Sequence record: SRR22947725_3392
Strand: one strand, 5' to 3'
DNA length: 40,543 nucleotides
A model generated the notes under the pieces. That model was not told the DNA's origin. It did no database searches and saw only the letters and a program-made list of their open reading frames with translations. Numbering within the stretch: the stretch's first letter is position 1; each line of letters begins with the position of its first letter. The position numbers and the translations under genes are program-made. Below are positions 18,926 to 29,558 of this stretch, piece after piece.

Positions 18926-19905
18926 GCGGGGTCGTCGTCTCCGCGCGATCCAAACACAATGTCATCCCAGCTGGGCATCTCTGGACGCTTCTTTTTTGCC
19001 CCTGAAGGGGGTTCTGGATCGTCATCGTCAGTGGTGTCGCGATGGCCAATAAGCGTGACTGACGCGTCGTGTCCCTCGTCCTCATCAACGAGTCGAATGG
19101 CGCCGGTTGCGGGGTGAGTGCCCCGGGACTCCTCTTCGGGCTCGGAATGCGCTGCTTCGCGCTCGCCGCGCTTCTTGCGCAAAACTTCCAGCAGGTCTGC
19201 TGTGTCCGCCATTCTTCCCTCGTCTTGGGGGGTGCGCCCATAGGGGACAGGCTCCAAGAGCGGGCCGGTTGCCCCGAGGTCAGCGGTTTCAAAAATTTCT
19301 GAATCGAACCGGTCTGGTTGCGAAGCGGGGCTCACCGCTGAAAGTGCAGGGATCAAGGTGGTGGGCATCGGTTCGTGCCGTGACAGCACCCTTGCGTCTT
19401 CGTTCACAGCCTCCAGTAGGTGCTTCCGGGGGTCAAAGGACCACCGAGCTTTGTGTTCCACATCGCCTTCGCGAAAGGCCAGTTCGACGTGCCAGCCGCT
19501 CTCTTCGCGCCACGCGCTCCACGCGTCTTCGGTCGCGGATATTTCTTCTAGGCGTTCGCGGACAGAGTCGCCGAAGGTGGACTCTTCTCCCGCGGTTGTG
19601 GACACAGCAACTCGCAAGGCTGACTCCGCGATGAAAGCGCGTTCGGCGAGGACGGCGCCTTCGAACTTCTCGACGTAGGCAACATCTTCTCCTGTGACAT
19701 CCGCAACCTGTTGCGCGGTGAGGCCTCGGCGGATGTGTGCCTGGATGTCGCGGGGGCTGACCCGGCGCACGGTGGGCTGGGAACCAGCGGGTTTGCGAAC
19801 AGCTTCGGTCAAGGTGTGAGAGAGGGGAACAGAGAAGCGCTCTCCATCTTCGGACACCAAAACGAGCTGGTCGTTTTCTGTTCCAACGACGCTGAGGGAT
19901 TTCAT
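18922..19905 (-). CDS. sepH: Septation protein SepH (DUF3071)
   Basis: SPRDIQAHIRRGLTAQQVA HTH, FEGAVLAER, WSAWR, C-terminal PSWDDIVFG; start set at ATG 19905 (MKSLSVVG). Confidence 0.88.
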   Translation of the reverse strand: MKSLSVVGTENDQLVLVSEDGERFSVPLSHTLTEAVRKPAGSQPTVRRVSPRDIQAHIRRGLTAQQVADVTGEDVAYVEKFEGAVLAERAFIAESALRVAVSTTAGEESTFGDSVRERLEEISATEDAWSAWREESGWHVELAFREGDVEHKARWSFDPRKHLLEAVNEDARVLSRHEPMPTTLIPALSAVSPASQPDRFDSEIFETADLGATGPLLEPVPYGRTPQDEGRMADTADLLEVLRKKRGEREAAHSEPEEESRGTHPATGAIRLVDEDEGHDASVTLIGHRDTTDDDDPEPPSGAKKKRPEMPSWDDIVFGSRGDDDPA

Positions 19906-20110
19906 GGGGCCACCTTTTCCTTTCCTGCCCTCGTAGCTTGTCACGCTTTGGGTCTGCTTTTGGCGATATTTCGGGTGTGGCGCCCCGCTAAGTCAGTCTT
20001 GGGCGTTACTGTGTAGCCCGTTACGAACTTCAGTTTGCGTTTTAACCGGTTTATCCGGCAAACTATCGCCCGACTGCCCACCACCATTTGAATCAGGGAG
20101 TGAGCTCACG

Positions 20111-20404
20111 ATGGCCACTGACTACGACGCCCCTCGCAAGACCGAAGAGGACACCGAGTCCATCCAAGCGTTGCAAGAGCGAGTCCCCGACAAGCTCTCC
20201 GGTGTGGTTGATTCAGAGGATGCAGACAACCTTGGTTCGCTAGAGCTGGCCGGGCAGGACCTGGCAAACGTCGAACTCGATGTTGTCGTCCTTCCGCCAC
20301 AAGCAGACGAGTTCACCTGCGTTGAATGCTTCTTGGTGAAGCACCGCTCCCAACGCGATCATGACACCAAGCTGGGAACCGTGTGCCTGGAGTGCTCTAG
20401 GTAG
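20111..20404 (+). CDS. DUF4193 family protein
   Basis: MATDYDAPRK, DEFTCVECFLVKHRSQ...CLEC; AGGGAG SD. Confidence 0.92.
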   Translation: MATDYDAPRKTEEDTESIQALQERVPDKLSGVVDSEDADNLGSLELAGQDLANVELDVVVLPPQADEFTCVECFLVKHRSQRDHDTKLGTVCLECSR

Positions 20405-20843
20405 TAGCACCAGCGGCTTGGAGCGCGGCGACGAGCTCTTGGGGTTTGCGCGAAGACACCAACCAGTAAGGCGCGGGATCTTCTGGATCTCCCAGTTCGA
20501 TCCTCACCACCGGGTCAACCCAGGCCCGAATGACTAGCCACGCTCGCGCATCGAGGGACACTCCACGTTGCTCTCGTGCAGCGTCACCATCGAAAAATGA
20601 CACGCTTCCGATGAATTCCCGTTCAAGGCGCGCGGTCCCCGCCTGAAAGCCGGTGTCATCGACAATGAGGGTGGGGGCTCTCCACCAGAGCAATCCCACC
20701 GAACCGGCCCACAAGCTAACTCCTATCACCACTCCGACAGCGAGGCTGAGCGGCAAAAAGACCAGCGTGGTTGCAGGAATGACCAAGCCAACGGCGAGAA
20801 TCAGCCACCAGGCGGGTGAAAGCTTTTCGCGGTATTTCAGCAT
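20397..20843 (-). CDS. DUF3093 family membrane protein
   Basis: YREKLSPAWW, LDARAW..IR.WV, DPEDPAPYWLVSSRKP; start set at ATG 20843. Confidence 0.88.
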   Translation of the reverse strand: MLKYREKLSPAWWLILAVGLVIPATTLVFLPLSLAVGVVIGVSLWAGSVGLLWWRAPTLIVDDTGFQAGTARLEREFIGSVSFFDGDAAREQRGVSLDARAWLVIRAWVDPVVRIELGDPEDPAPYWLVSSRKPQELVAALQAAGATT

Positions 20844-20874
20844 GCTCCTATTGGACCACGTATAGCCTGAGGGA

Positions 20875-21315
20875 GTGATCACACCCTCGGTAGACGTGCT
20901 CGTCACGGGAAATCCACCCCGCTATGCCAGGACGGGCGATGCTGGCGCGGATTTGTCCGCCACCTCCGCGCACACCCTCAAGCCGGGCGAACGAGCGCTG
21001 GTAGATACCGGTGTTTCGATCGCCCTCCCTGCGGGATTCGTGGCGCTGGTGATGCCGCGCAGTGGGCTGGCGCTGAAGAATGGGATCACCCTGTTGAACT
21101 CGCCCGGTGTGATTGATGCTGGATACCGGGGCGAGATTCGTGTCATCGCAATCAACCTTGACCCGGTGGAAGAGTTCACCATTAGCCCGGGGGACCGCAT
21201 CGCCCAGCTCGTCATCCAGAAAGTAGCGCACGCCACCTTCCACCCCGTTGAGATTCTTCCCGGTAGCGAGCGTTCGGAAGCTGGCTTTGGTTCCACGGGT
21301 GTGGGCGCCCACTAA
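20875..21315 (+). CDS. dut: dUTP diphosphatase
   Basis: All five motifs: AGADL, PRSG, GVIDAGYRGE, GDRIAQL, R...GFGSTG. Confidence 0.97.
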   Translation: MITPSVDVLVTGNPPRYARTGDAGADLSATSAHTLKPGERALVDTGVSIALPAGFVALVMPRSGLALKNGITLLNSPGVIDAGYRGEIRVIAINLDPVEEFTISPGDRIAQLVIQKVAHATFHPVEILPGSERSEAGFGSTGVGAH

Positions 21316-21318
21316 AGT

Positions 21319-21948
21319 ATGTCCGTGACTGACATTTCCTCCACCGTCCCCGCGGGGGCGAGCGACCACCCGAAATCTGCTCCAGCGGACCGAGCAACTC
21401 GAGGCCCGCTAGACGAAAATGAAGCCGGATCCATCCGGCCCTCCGTTGACTTGGGGAGCCTGAGGATAGACCCGCGCCGCGGCATGCAACTGCGTCTCGA
21501 AGTGGACAAATCAAACAATCGGGCGATTGCGGTGACCCTTGAGCACCACGGCTCGACCCTTCAGCTTCAGCCTTTTGCTGCTCCCCGGTCGAGCGGACTA
21601 TGGCACAGTATTCGCGCCCAGATTCAGGAACAGATCACGGCCCAGGGTGGCACTGCGACGGAAGCGGAGGGACCCTTCGGACTGGAACTGGTCGCTGTTG
21701 TGCCGGTGCAAGCCGAGGGAAAATTTGGCAAGAGAAATGTCCGTTTTGTGGGAATCGATGGGCCACGCTGGTTCCTGCGGGCTGTTATTGGTGGCACCGC
21801 GGCCACTGATGCGGCGGCCGCGGAAGACGTGCACGAGATGATCCGTAGCGTGGTTGTGGTGCGGGGCAACACCCCCTTGCCGCCCAGAGATTTGTTGCCG
21901 CTAACGGTTCCGGAAAATCCCGAAAGCACGGAGAAGGTCACGGTCTAG
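21319..21948 (+). CDS. DUF3710 family protein
   Basis: GPLD, DLGSL, FAAPRSSGLW, GPFG.EL, RFVGIDGPRWFLR; follows dut. Confidence 0.9.
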   Translation: MSVTDISSTVPAGASDHPKSAPADRATRGPLDENEAGSIRPSVDLGSLRIDPRRGMQLRLEVDKSNNRAIAVTLEHHGSTLQLQPFAAPRSSGLWHSIRAQIQEQITAQGGTATEAEGPFGLELVAVVPVQAEGKFGKRNVRFVGIDGPRWFLRAVIGGTAATDAAAAEDVHEMIRSVVVVRGNTPLPPRDLLPLTVPENPESTEKVTV

Positions 21949-21951
21949 GCG

Positions 21952-22650
21952 ATGTCGGAGGAAGTTCTGGATTCGGCCCCGAGAGCGGCCGCTGCCGCTG
22001 TCGTCGCAGGGTCGGGACTGGGGGCGTTGAATGGTGTCGAGAAACCAACCGGCCAGGCGCTGTGGGCTGCTGTGGGAAAGAGTCGAGGGGTGGCAGAGTC
22101 CCTCACCCCAGGGGTTGGATTTCTCTCCGTCTACACCGTAACGGCAGATGTTGTGCTCTCTGTTACCGCCCCTATGGTCCTGGCGGCGGTGTTCATCATC
22201 CTGAGGGTCGCGATGAAAAGCCAGGTGATGCCGGCTATTGCGGGGCTGATCGGGATTTCCGCTTCTGCCTCGGTAGCGTTGCTCAGCGGTCGTGCCGAGG
22301 ATAACTTTGTGCTCGGGTTTATCGTCAATGGTCTGTGGATAGCCGGACTTGTGATCTCGCTCATTGCCCGTCGCCCGCTGACTGGATTGCTCTTTGCCCT
22401 TGTGCAGGGGGTGAACCAGTGGCGTGGAATTCCTGCCATCATGCACGTGAGCGTGCTCACTACGGTGATGTGGGTCGGGATTTTTGGCCTTCGCTTGGTT
22501 ATTCAAGTGCCGCTCTATTTTTCGGGCGAAGTTGCGGCGCTCGCCGTGGCGAAGCTGGTATTGGGAATTCCGCTCTATGCAGCGGGACTCTGGTTCACCT
22601 GGTTGCTTTTTCGCCCCGTTCTCGAGGCTTCGAGGGTCTCCGCCGAGTGA
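21952..22650 (+). CDS. DUF3159 family membrane protein
   Basis: Multi-[39 protein letters not shown]. Confidence 0.88.
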   Translation: MSEEVLDSAPRAAAAAVVAGSGLGALNGVEKPTGQALWAAVGKSRGVAESLTPGVGFLSVYTVTADVVLSVTAPMVLAAVFIILRVAMKSQVMPAIAGLIGISASASVALLSGRAEDNFVLGFIVNGLWIAGLVISLIARRPLTGLLFALVQGVNQWRGIPAIMHVSVLTTVMWVGIFGLRLVIQVPLYFSGEVAALAVAKLVLGIPLYAAGLWFTWLLFRPVLEASRVSAE

Positions 22651-22675
22651 TAAGATTTATCTCGACATAAAGATA
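22651..22675 (+). promoter_or_regulatory. acnA -10 element and overlapping 18-bp palindromic operator (TamR/UrtR-type MarR site)
   Basis: TAAGAT (22651-22656) followed by TATCT-CGACATAA-AGATA (22658-22675) in an AT-rich intergenic gap. Confidence 0.7.
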
Positions 22676-22705
22676 CCTGGGCACAAGCCCCGTGAGGAGT
22701 CACCG

Positions 22706-25396
22706 GTGAGTCCACTCAATAGTTTCCAGTCCCGATCCACTCTTGAAGTGGGAGACGAGACCTTCGAGATTTACCGCGTTGACGCGGTCGAAGGGCACGA
22801 AACGCTTCCCTTTAGCCTCAAGGTGCTCCTCGAGAACCTGTTGCGCACCGAAGATGGTGCGAACATCACGAGGGACCAGATTTCTGCCCTGGGTAGTTGG
22901 GACGAAAAAGCCGAGCCATCAACCGAGATTCAATTCACCCCTGCTCGCGTGGTGCTGCAGGACTTCACGGGAGTTCCCTGCATTGTCGACTTAGCAACCA
23001 TGCGCGAAGCAATCGTGGACCTGGGTGGGGACCCCAACAAGGTAAACCCCCTGTCACCAGCAGAACTGGTGATCGACCACTCGGTGATTGCAGATCTTTT
23101 CGGTAAACCCGACTCTTTCGAGCGAAACGTCGAGATTGAATACGGGCGCAATGGTGAGCGATACCAGTTCCTTCGTTGGGGTCAAAACGCTTTCAATAAC
23201 TTCAAGGTTGTGCCACCAGGAACCGGCATCGTCCACCAGGTGAACATCGAGAACCTCGCCAAAGTTACGTACACCAAAGAGGTGACCGGCGCGGTTCAGG
23301 CTTTCCCGGACACCTGTGTGGGCACGGACTCGCACACCACGATGGTCAACGGCCTGGGAATTCTCGGCTGGGGCGTTGGGGGAATCGAAGCAGAGGCCGC
23401 CATGTTGGGCCAACCCGTATCGATGTTGATTCCTCGGGTAGTGGGTTTCAAGCTCACCGGAGCTATTCCCACAGGAGTGACCGCCACAGACGTCGTGCTG
23501 ACGATTACCCAAATGCTTCGCGAGCACGGCGTGGTCGGCAAGTTCGTAGAGTTCTACGGATCAGGGGTCACTCAGGTTCCCCTGGCGAACCGCGCAACCA
23601 TTGGAAACATGAGCCCGGAATTTGGTTCCACAGCGGCGATGTTCCCCATTGACCAGGTCACTCTGGACTACCTGAGCTTGACCGGTCGCTCCGTCGAGCA
23701 AATTGCTCTTGTTGAGGCGTACTCCAAAGAGCAGGGGCTGTGGCACAACCCCGCAATTGAGCCGCGCTACAGCGAATTTATGGTGCTCGATCTCTCCACG
23801 GTTGTTCCCAGCATCGCGGGACCACGTCGCCCACAAGACCGTATTGAACTCAGCGGCGCGAAAGAAAAGTTTCACAGCGATCTGGAGGACTACCTCTCCA
23901 CTGAGACGACCCGTGGCGCCGTCAGTGTGAATTCGGAGGGGGTCGATTTTGAATTGAGTAACGGGGCCGTCACGATTGCCGCCATTACCTCGTGTACCAA
24001 CACTTCGAACCCTTCGGTCATGTTGGCTGCCGGGCTCCTCGCTCGCAACGCGAGGGCACAAGGGCTGACCTCCAAGCCCTGGGTGAAAACCACCCTGGCT
24101 CCCGGTTCAAAAGTTGTGACCGACTATTACGAAAAAGCCGGCCTGATGGATGACCTTGAAGCGCTTGGATTTTATCTCGTGGGCTATGGCTGCACCACCT
24201 GTATTGGAAACTCAGGGCCCTTGGCGGAAGAGATTTCTGGTGCGATCGCGGACAATGATTTGGCTGTCACTGCGGTCCTCTCCGGTAACCGGAACTTTGA
24301 GGGGCGCATCAACCCCGACGTGAAGATGAACTATCTCGCGAGCCCCCCACTGGTCATCGCTTACGCCCTCGCGGGAACAATGGACTTTGACTTTGAGAAA
24401 GAGCCTCTGGGCACTGATCCTGATGGGAAAGATATTTTCCTCGCCGATATTTGGCCAGACGCCAGCGAAGTTCAAGACACCATCGATTCGTCCATCAACA
24501 CGGAAATGTTCACCACGCAGTACGCCAGTGTTTTTGCCGGCGATGAGCGTTGGCAATCCCTCCCCACCCCCGAGGGCGACACTTTCGAATGGGACTCAAC
24601 CTCGACCTATGTTCGCAAACCACCCTATTTCGAGGGCATGACCCTCGAGCCCGAAGCCGTGAGCGACATTGCTGACGCCCGCGTGCTGGCGCTGCTGGGT
24701 GACTCGGTCACGACCGATCACATCAGCCCGGCGGGTTCCATCAAGGCCGATTCCCCTGCTGGCCGCTACCTCAGTGAGCACGGAATCGAACGCACTGATT
24801 TCAATTCCTACGGCTCACGCCGCGGTAACCACGAAGTCATGATCCGCGGAACTTTCGCGAATATTCGCTTGAAGAACCTTTTGCTCGATGGCGTCGAGGG
24901 CGGGTTCACCCGCGATTTCACGACACAGGATGGTTCTGAATCCGCAATTTATGATGCCAGTGATAACTATCGGGGGGCCGGAACGCCCCTGGTGATTTTG
25001 GCTGGGAAAGAATACGGCTCGGGTTCCTCGAGGGACTGGGCCGCCAAGGGCACCAGCCTGCTGGGAGTCAAAGCTGTTATCGCGCAGAGTTTCGAGCGGA
25101 TCCACCGTTCAAACCTGATCGGGATGGGTGTTATTCCGCTTCAGTTCCCTGACGGCGAAAGTGCGTCGTCGCTCGGGCTTGAGGGAACCGAAAGCTTCAG
25201 CATTAGCGGCATCGAAGAGCTCAATGACGGTTCGGTTCCCCACACCGTCCACGTCGTCGCCCAGTCGACTTCGCACTCCTCGAGTGCTGACACCTCCGTG
25301 AGCTTTGAGGCCCGCGTGAGGATCGATACTCCGGCCGAAGCAGACTACTTCCGCAATGGCGGAATCCTTCAGTACGTACTGCGGCAGTTGCTGTAA
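22706..25396 (+). CDS. acnA: Aconitate hydratase A
   Basis: [52 protein letters not shown]. Start moved to GTG 22706 after GAGGAG. Confidence 0.97.
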   Translation: MSPLNSFQSRSTLEVGDETFEIYRVDAVEGHETLPFSLKVLLENLLRTEDGANITRDQISALGSWDEKAEPSTEIQFTPARVVLQDFTGVPCIVDLATMREAIVDLGGDPNKVNPLSPAELVIDHSVIADLFGKPDSFERNVEIEYGRNGERYQFLRWGQNAFNNFKVVPPGTGIVHQVNIENLAKVTYTKEVTGAVQAFPDTCVGTDSHTTMVNGLGILGWGVGGIEAEAAMLGQPVSMLIPRVVGFKLTGAIPTGVTATDVVLTITQMLREHGVVGKFVEFYGSGVTQVPLANRATIGNMSPEFGSTAAMFPIDQVTLDYLSLTGRSVEQIALVEAYSKEQGLWHNPAIEPRYSEFMVLDLSTVVPSIAGPRRPQDRIELSGAKEKFHSDLEDYLSTETTRGAVSVNSEGVDFELSNGAVTIAAITSCTNTSNPSVMLAAGLLARNARAQGLTSKPWVKTTLAPGSKVVTDYYEKAGLMDDLEALGFYLVGYGCTTCIGNSGPLAEEISGAIADNDLAVTAVLSGNRNFEGRINPDVKMNYLASPPLVIAYALAGTMDFDFEKEPLGTDPDGKDIFLADIWPDASEVQDTIDSSINTEMFTTQYASVFAGDERWQSLPTPEGDTFEWDSTSTYVRKPPYFEGMTLEPEAVSDIADARVLALLGDSVTTDHISPAGSIKADSPAGRYLSEHGIERTDFNSYGSRRGNHEVMIRGTFANIRLKNLLLDGVEGGFTRDFTTQDGSESAIYDASDNYRGAGTPLVILAGKEYGSGSSRDWAAKGTSLLGVKAVIAQSFERIHRSNLIGMGVIPLQFPDGESASSLGLEGTESFSISGIEELNDGSVPHTVHVVAQSTSHSSSADTSVSFEARVRIDTPAEADYFRNGGILQYVLRQLL

Positions 25397-25449
25397 CTTT
25401 GCGAGGCTTTGCGCAGGCGAGAATCAGCCTTCCCCTTTAGGCTGTACTG

Positions 25450-27411
25450 GTGTCGATTCTTGATTCCATCCACTCCCCCCAGGACCTCAAGGGGCTGAGT
25501 GAAGCTGAGCTCGATCGGTTGGCGGAAGATATCCGTGAGTTTCTCGTAGAAAACGTCTCGAAGACTGGTGGGCACTTGGGCCCCAACCTTGGCGTGGTCG
25601 AACTCACTATTGCTCTGCACCGGGTTTTTGATTCCCCGTCTGACCCGATGATTTGGGACACCGGACACCAGTCGTATGTTCACAAGCTCCTCACGGGCAG
25701 GAAAGACTTCTCAAGGCTCCGCCAAAAAGGTGGGCTTGCGGGGTATCCCCAGCGCCGAGAGTCGGAGCATGACATTGTCGAAAGCTCCCATGCTTCTAGC
25801 TCGCTCAGCTGGGCGGAAGGCATTTCTCGTGCGTTCCAGATGACCAAGCAGGATGATCGCTACGTCATCGCAGTGGTGGGAGATGGTGCGCTCACCGGGG
25901 GAATGACCTGGGAAGCTCTGAACAATATTTCGCACGACAACAACCGGAATCTCATCCTTGTGGTCAACGACAACGGTCGTTCCTACGCCCCGACAATCGG
26001 TGGGATGGCCAGGTTCCTAGGGAATGTTCGAGGCAAAGACTCCTATCGCCTGATCAAAAGACTCGCCGAAGGGTTCTTTGGGCTGTTTGGCACCACAGGG
26101 CGGGCACTATTTCGCGGTCTCAGGGGTGGAACACGAGGCTTCTTGTCCCGCTTTGCCGGGAACGAGGCGCTGTATTCCAACCTCGATATCAAATACCTGG
26201 GTCCTGTTGACGGACATAACATCGGTGATGTCGAGCATGCTCTCCGCCAGGCCAAGCAGCGGCGCCAGCCGGTGATTGTCCACGTCATCACGGATAAGGG
26301 TCGCGGTTATGCGCCGGCTCGAAATGACGAGGCGGATCAGTTTCACGCCGTCGGTCAGATTGACCCTGCAACGGGCAAAGCGCTGCAGGCGAGCGATTCC
26401 CCCTCCTGGACCAGCGTCTTTGCCGATGAAATGGTCGCAATCGCAGGGGAAGAACCCACCGTTGTCGGGATTACGGCGGCCATGCTTGCCCCCACAGGTT
26501 TGCACAAAATGTCGGCTGCATACCCGGGACGAGTTGTCGATGTGGGAATTGCGGAACAACACGCGGTGACCAGCGCCGCAGGCCTTGCTTACGGCGGAAT
26601 GCACCCCGTAGTGGCGGTCTATGCCACCTTTATCAACCGAGCCTTTGACCAGGTCCTGATGGATGTTGCCCTCCACCGGGCCGGCGTCACCTTCGTGTTA
26701 GACCGGGCTGGCGTAACCGGACCAGATGGCCCCAGCCACCACGGGATGTGGGATCTGTCCATCCTTCAGGTCGTTCCTCATATTCGTCTTGCCGCTCCCC
26801 GTGATGCGCCTCGCCTGCGAGAAGAGCTCCGCGAAGCGATTGCTGTTGGTGATGCACCCACGGTATTGAGATTTCCCAAAGGCTCAATCTCACCCGTTCT
26901 GGATGCTGTGCGCAGAACACCAGATGGAGCAGATGTCCTGGCCGAAGCAGCCCATAAGGACGTCCTGATCGTTTCCGTGGGCACAATGGCCGAACTCGCT
27001 ATGGAGGTTCGCGACCGGCTTGCTGACCAGGGGATAGGAGCGACCGTCATCGATCCTCGATGGGTGATTCCGGTGGCAGCGAGCGTTATTGACCTCGCTC
27101 GCGACCACCGCATCGTGGTGAGCATTGAAGACGGTGTTCGCGTCGGCGGCATAGGCACCCGCATTCGGCAAGAGCTGCGCGCAGCGGGGGTGGACACAGC
27201 CGTTGACGAAATCGGTTTACCCGACGAATTCCTCGACCATGCCACACGGGATGAAATTCTCGAAGAGACCGGGTTGACTGCTCAAAACATTGCCAGGAAC
27301 CTGGTCGCCCAAGTCCTGGGAATGAAAGTTCCGGTTGCCAGGCCTCTGCCCGAGGATTCTGGAAGTGCAGCGGATGCTGCCATCACCCGAGAATCAGAGG
27401 ATTCCGCCTAA
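25450..27411 (+). CDS. dxs: 1-deoxy-D-xylulose-5-phosphate synthase
   Basis: GGHLGPNLG, WDTGHQSY, GDGALTGG..NDN, GIAEQHA, DRAG..GPDGPSHHG. Confidence 0.97.
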   Translation: MSILDSIHSPQDLKGLSEAELDRLAEDIREFLVENVSKTGGHLGPNLGVVELTIALHRVFDSPSDPMIWDTGHQSYVHKLLTGRKDFSRLRQKGGLAGYPQRRESEHDIVESSHASSSLSWAEGISRAFQMTKQDDRYVIAVVGDGALTGGMTWEALNNISHDNNRNLILVVNDNGRSYAPTIGGMARFLGNVRGKDSYRLIKRLAEGFFGLFGTTGRALFRGLRGGTRGFLSRFAGNEALYSNLDIKYLGPVDGHNIGDVEHALRQAKQRRQPVIVHVITDKGRGYAPARNDEADQFHAVGQIDPATGKALQASDSPSWTSVFADEMVAIAGEEPTVVGITAAMLAPTGLHKMSAAYPGRVVDVGIAEQHAVTSAAGLAYGGMHPVVAVYATFINRAFDQVLMDVALHRAGVTFVLDRAGVTGPDGPSHHGMWDLSILQVVPHIRLAAPRDAPRLREELREAIAVGDAPTVLRFPKGSISPVLDAVRRTPDGADVLAEAAHKDVLIVSVGTMAELAMEVRDRLADQGIGATVIDPRWVIPVAASVIDLARDHRIVVSIEDGVRVGGIGTRIRQELRAAGVDTAVDEIGLPDEFLDHATRDEILEETGLTAQNIARNLVAQVLGMKVPVARPLPEDSGSAADAAITRESEDSA

Positions 27412-29558
27412 GCGACACCCTTGATGGGTGGTGAGTGGAACGTCTGGCCTCGCACCTTCTCGCTCGCTCCGGTTCGATCTAGGTAGGGGGTGATGCCACC
27501 CATCTGAAACGGCCATCCGGCGCCAAGAATCATCGCCACATCGATATCTTCAGCGCTCTCCACGACACCCTCCTCCAGCATCCGCCAGACCTCATCGGCG
27601 AGTCCGTCATGGACCCGCTCGCGGAGCTCCCCGGCCGTATAGCCCGGCCCGGAACCGATCAGAGCCTTAGCTTCTTTGCTGACGCCCTTGATCGTCTTTT
27701 TCGCGTCCCGATCATAGATCTTGCCCTGCGTCACCAGCTGGTGGAGGGCGTCGCTGGCGAAGAAACGCTCGGGGAAAGCGCGATGGTGGGTATCGAGGAC
27801 GTGAGCGCCGACCTGAAGCCCCACAAGTTCGAGCAGTTCGAAAGGCCCCATCGGGAGGCCGAGGGGTTGAACGGATTCGGTAACCACCTCGTAGGGGGTC
27901 CCCGTCTCAATGGCGTGCATTGCCTCGCCGAGGAGTTTCGCCAAGAGCCGATTGACGACGAATCCTGTGCTGTCGGCGGTGACAATCGGAGTCTTGCGCA
28001 ACTTGCGCACCGCACTCACGGCTGTCGCTACAGCCGGCTCAGAGCTAAGTTCTGCTGCAACCACTTCCACCAGGGGCATCACAGCGACGGGGTTGAAGAA
28101 ATGAATTCCCACCATACGTTCGGGATGCTTCAGAGCAGAAGCAATGTCCGCGATGGCGAGTGAGCTTGTGTTGGAAGCCAATATTGCGTCCTCTCGGACG
28201 TGCTTTTCCAACTCTGTGAAGACTTGCTTTTTTACGGAGAGCTCCTCAAATACCGCTTCGATGACCAGGTCACAGTCAGAGAATGCCGCCATATCCGTGG
28301 CGCCCTCAATCAGAGCGGAGAGTTTCTGGAGCTGGTCGGTGTGGAGGCGACCCTTGTGGTGGAGAGTGGAAAGCTCGTCTCTCATCCACTCCGTTGCTGC
28401 ATCCACGCGTTCCCTGCTGATGTCGCTGATGACGACAGGCACTTCAAGGCGTCGCACGATTTCCAGGGCGAACTGACGGGCCATCAGACCCCCGCCCACC
28501 ACGCCTACTTTGGTGAGGGGCAGAGCATGCTCCTTATCCGGGGCGCCCGGGGTTACTTTTTGCCTTTTCTGAACGAGCATGAAGGCATAGATGCTCGCCC
28601 GGAATTGATCCCCTGCAATGAGTTCCGCGAGCGCAGCGTCCTCCGCAGCGAAACCTTGGGCTTTGGTCGAGGATTTTGCTGCCAACATCAGATCGAGGGC
28701 CACGTAGGGGGAGCGGGCCACGGTGCCCAGTTTCTCTCGCAGGCTCTTGCGGGCAACATTAATCGCTGCGGGCCACAGGGTTGCTCGTTCAATTTTTCCC
28801 GGTTCGTTGGGACGCTTTACCGTTATCTTCCCCGCCACGACGCGGTCTGCCCAGGCGAGAGAATCCTCCAGATATCGAGCCGGGGGAAACATCACGTCGG
28901 CGATCCCCAGTTCCAGGGCCCCAGCGGGTTTGAGGGTCCGGTTGGTTTTCAGTGGGTTCTCTACCATCACGGTGAGGGCATTTTTGATTCCGATCAGGTT
29001 GGGGAGAAGCCATGCCCCGCCCCACCCCGGAATCAAGCCGAGAAACACTTCAGGCAGCGCCAGAGCCGCCGCAGCGCTGGAGAGAGTCCGGTAGTCACAG
29101 TTGAGAGCAATCTCCAACCCCCCGCCCAAGGCGAGGCCGTTGATGAAACAAAAGGAGGGCACACCCAGTTCGCCCAGCAGGCCGAGAGTTTGGTGGCCCA
29201 GCTGCACCATCGCGAGCCCCGTTATCACGTCGGGGATATCTCCCACCTTGGACAGGTCTGCTCCTGCGGCAAGAATGAAGGGGTTCCCGGTGATGGCAAC
29301 AGCGCCGAGCGAGCCGCTGCGGGCTTCTTCCCGAAGTTCCAGCAGTGTTGCCCGAAGCTCCACAAGGCTGTGAGGGCCCAGCGTGTTGGGCCTCGTGTGG
29401 TCCTTGCCATTGTCGAGGGTAATGAGGGCGAGCGTCTTTTTACTGTTCGGGAGTGAAATTCGCTTCACGTAAGAGTGTGTGACGACTTCGTCCAGCGAGT
29501 GTTGCAGAAGTGTGCTGACATCGAGGGAGTCGTACTGGGACACAGCGGTCTTTGGCAT
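27408..29558 (-). CDS. fadB: Fatty acid oxidation multifunctional enzyme (enoyl-CoA hydratase / 3-hydroxyacyl-CoA dehydrogenase)
   Basis: ALGGGLE, LPEVFLGLIPGWGG, GGGLMA, EAVFE, SNTSSL, HFFNPV, GFVVNR. Confidence 0.9.
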   Translation of the reverse strand: MPKTAVSQYDSLDVSTLLQHSLDEVVTHSYVKRISLPNSKKTLALITLDNGKDHTRPNTLGPHSLVELRATLLELREEARSGSLGAVAITGNPFILAAGADLSKVGDIPDVITGLAMVQLGHQTLGLLGELGVPSFCFINGLALGGGLEIALNCDYRTLSSAAAALALPEVFLGLIPGWGGAWLLPNLIGIKNALTVMVENPLKTNRTLKPAGALELGIADVMFPPARYLEDSLAWADRVVAGKITVKRPNEPGKIERATLWPAAINVARKSLREKLGTVARSPYVALDLMLAAKSSTKAQGFAAEDAALAELIAGDQFRASIYAFMLVQKRQKVTPGAPDKEHALPLTKVGVVGGGLMARQFALEIVRRLEVPVVISDISRERVDAATEWMRDELSTLHHKGRLHTDQLQKLSALIEGATDMAAFSDCDLVIEAVFEELSVKKQVFTELEKHVREDAILASNTSSLAIADIASALKHPERMVGIHFFNPVAVMPLVEVVAAELSSEPAVATAVSAVRKLRKTPIVTADSTGFVVNRLLAKLLGEAMHAIETGTPYEVVTESVQPLGLPMGPFELLELVGLQVGAHVLDTHHRAFPERFFASDALHQLVTQGKIYDRDAKKTIKGVSKEAKALIGSGPGYTAGELRERVHDGLADEVWRMLEEGVVESAEDIDVAMILGAGWPFQMGGITPYLDRTGASEKVRGQTFHSPPIKGVA

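Noticed and set aside
19970-19982. GCCACACCCG upstream of sepH as a WhiA-type GACAC site
   Set aside because: Mismatch in the 5-bp core and uncertain spacing; not supportable.
22484-22705. N-terminal extension of AcnA in the ORF track
   Set aside because: Overlaps DUF3159 and the promoter/operator; SD plus GTG at 22706 gives a normal start.
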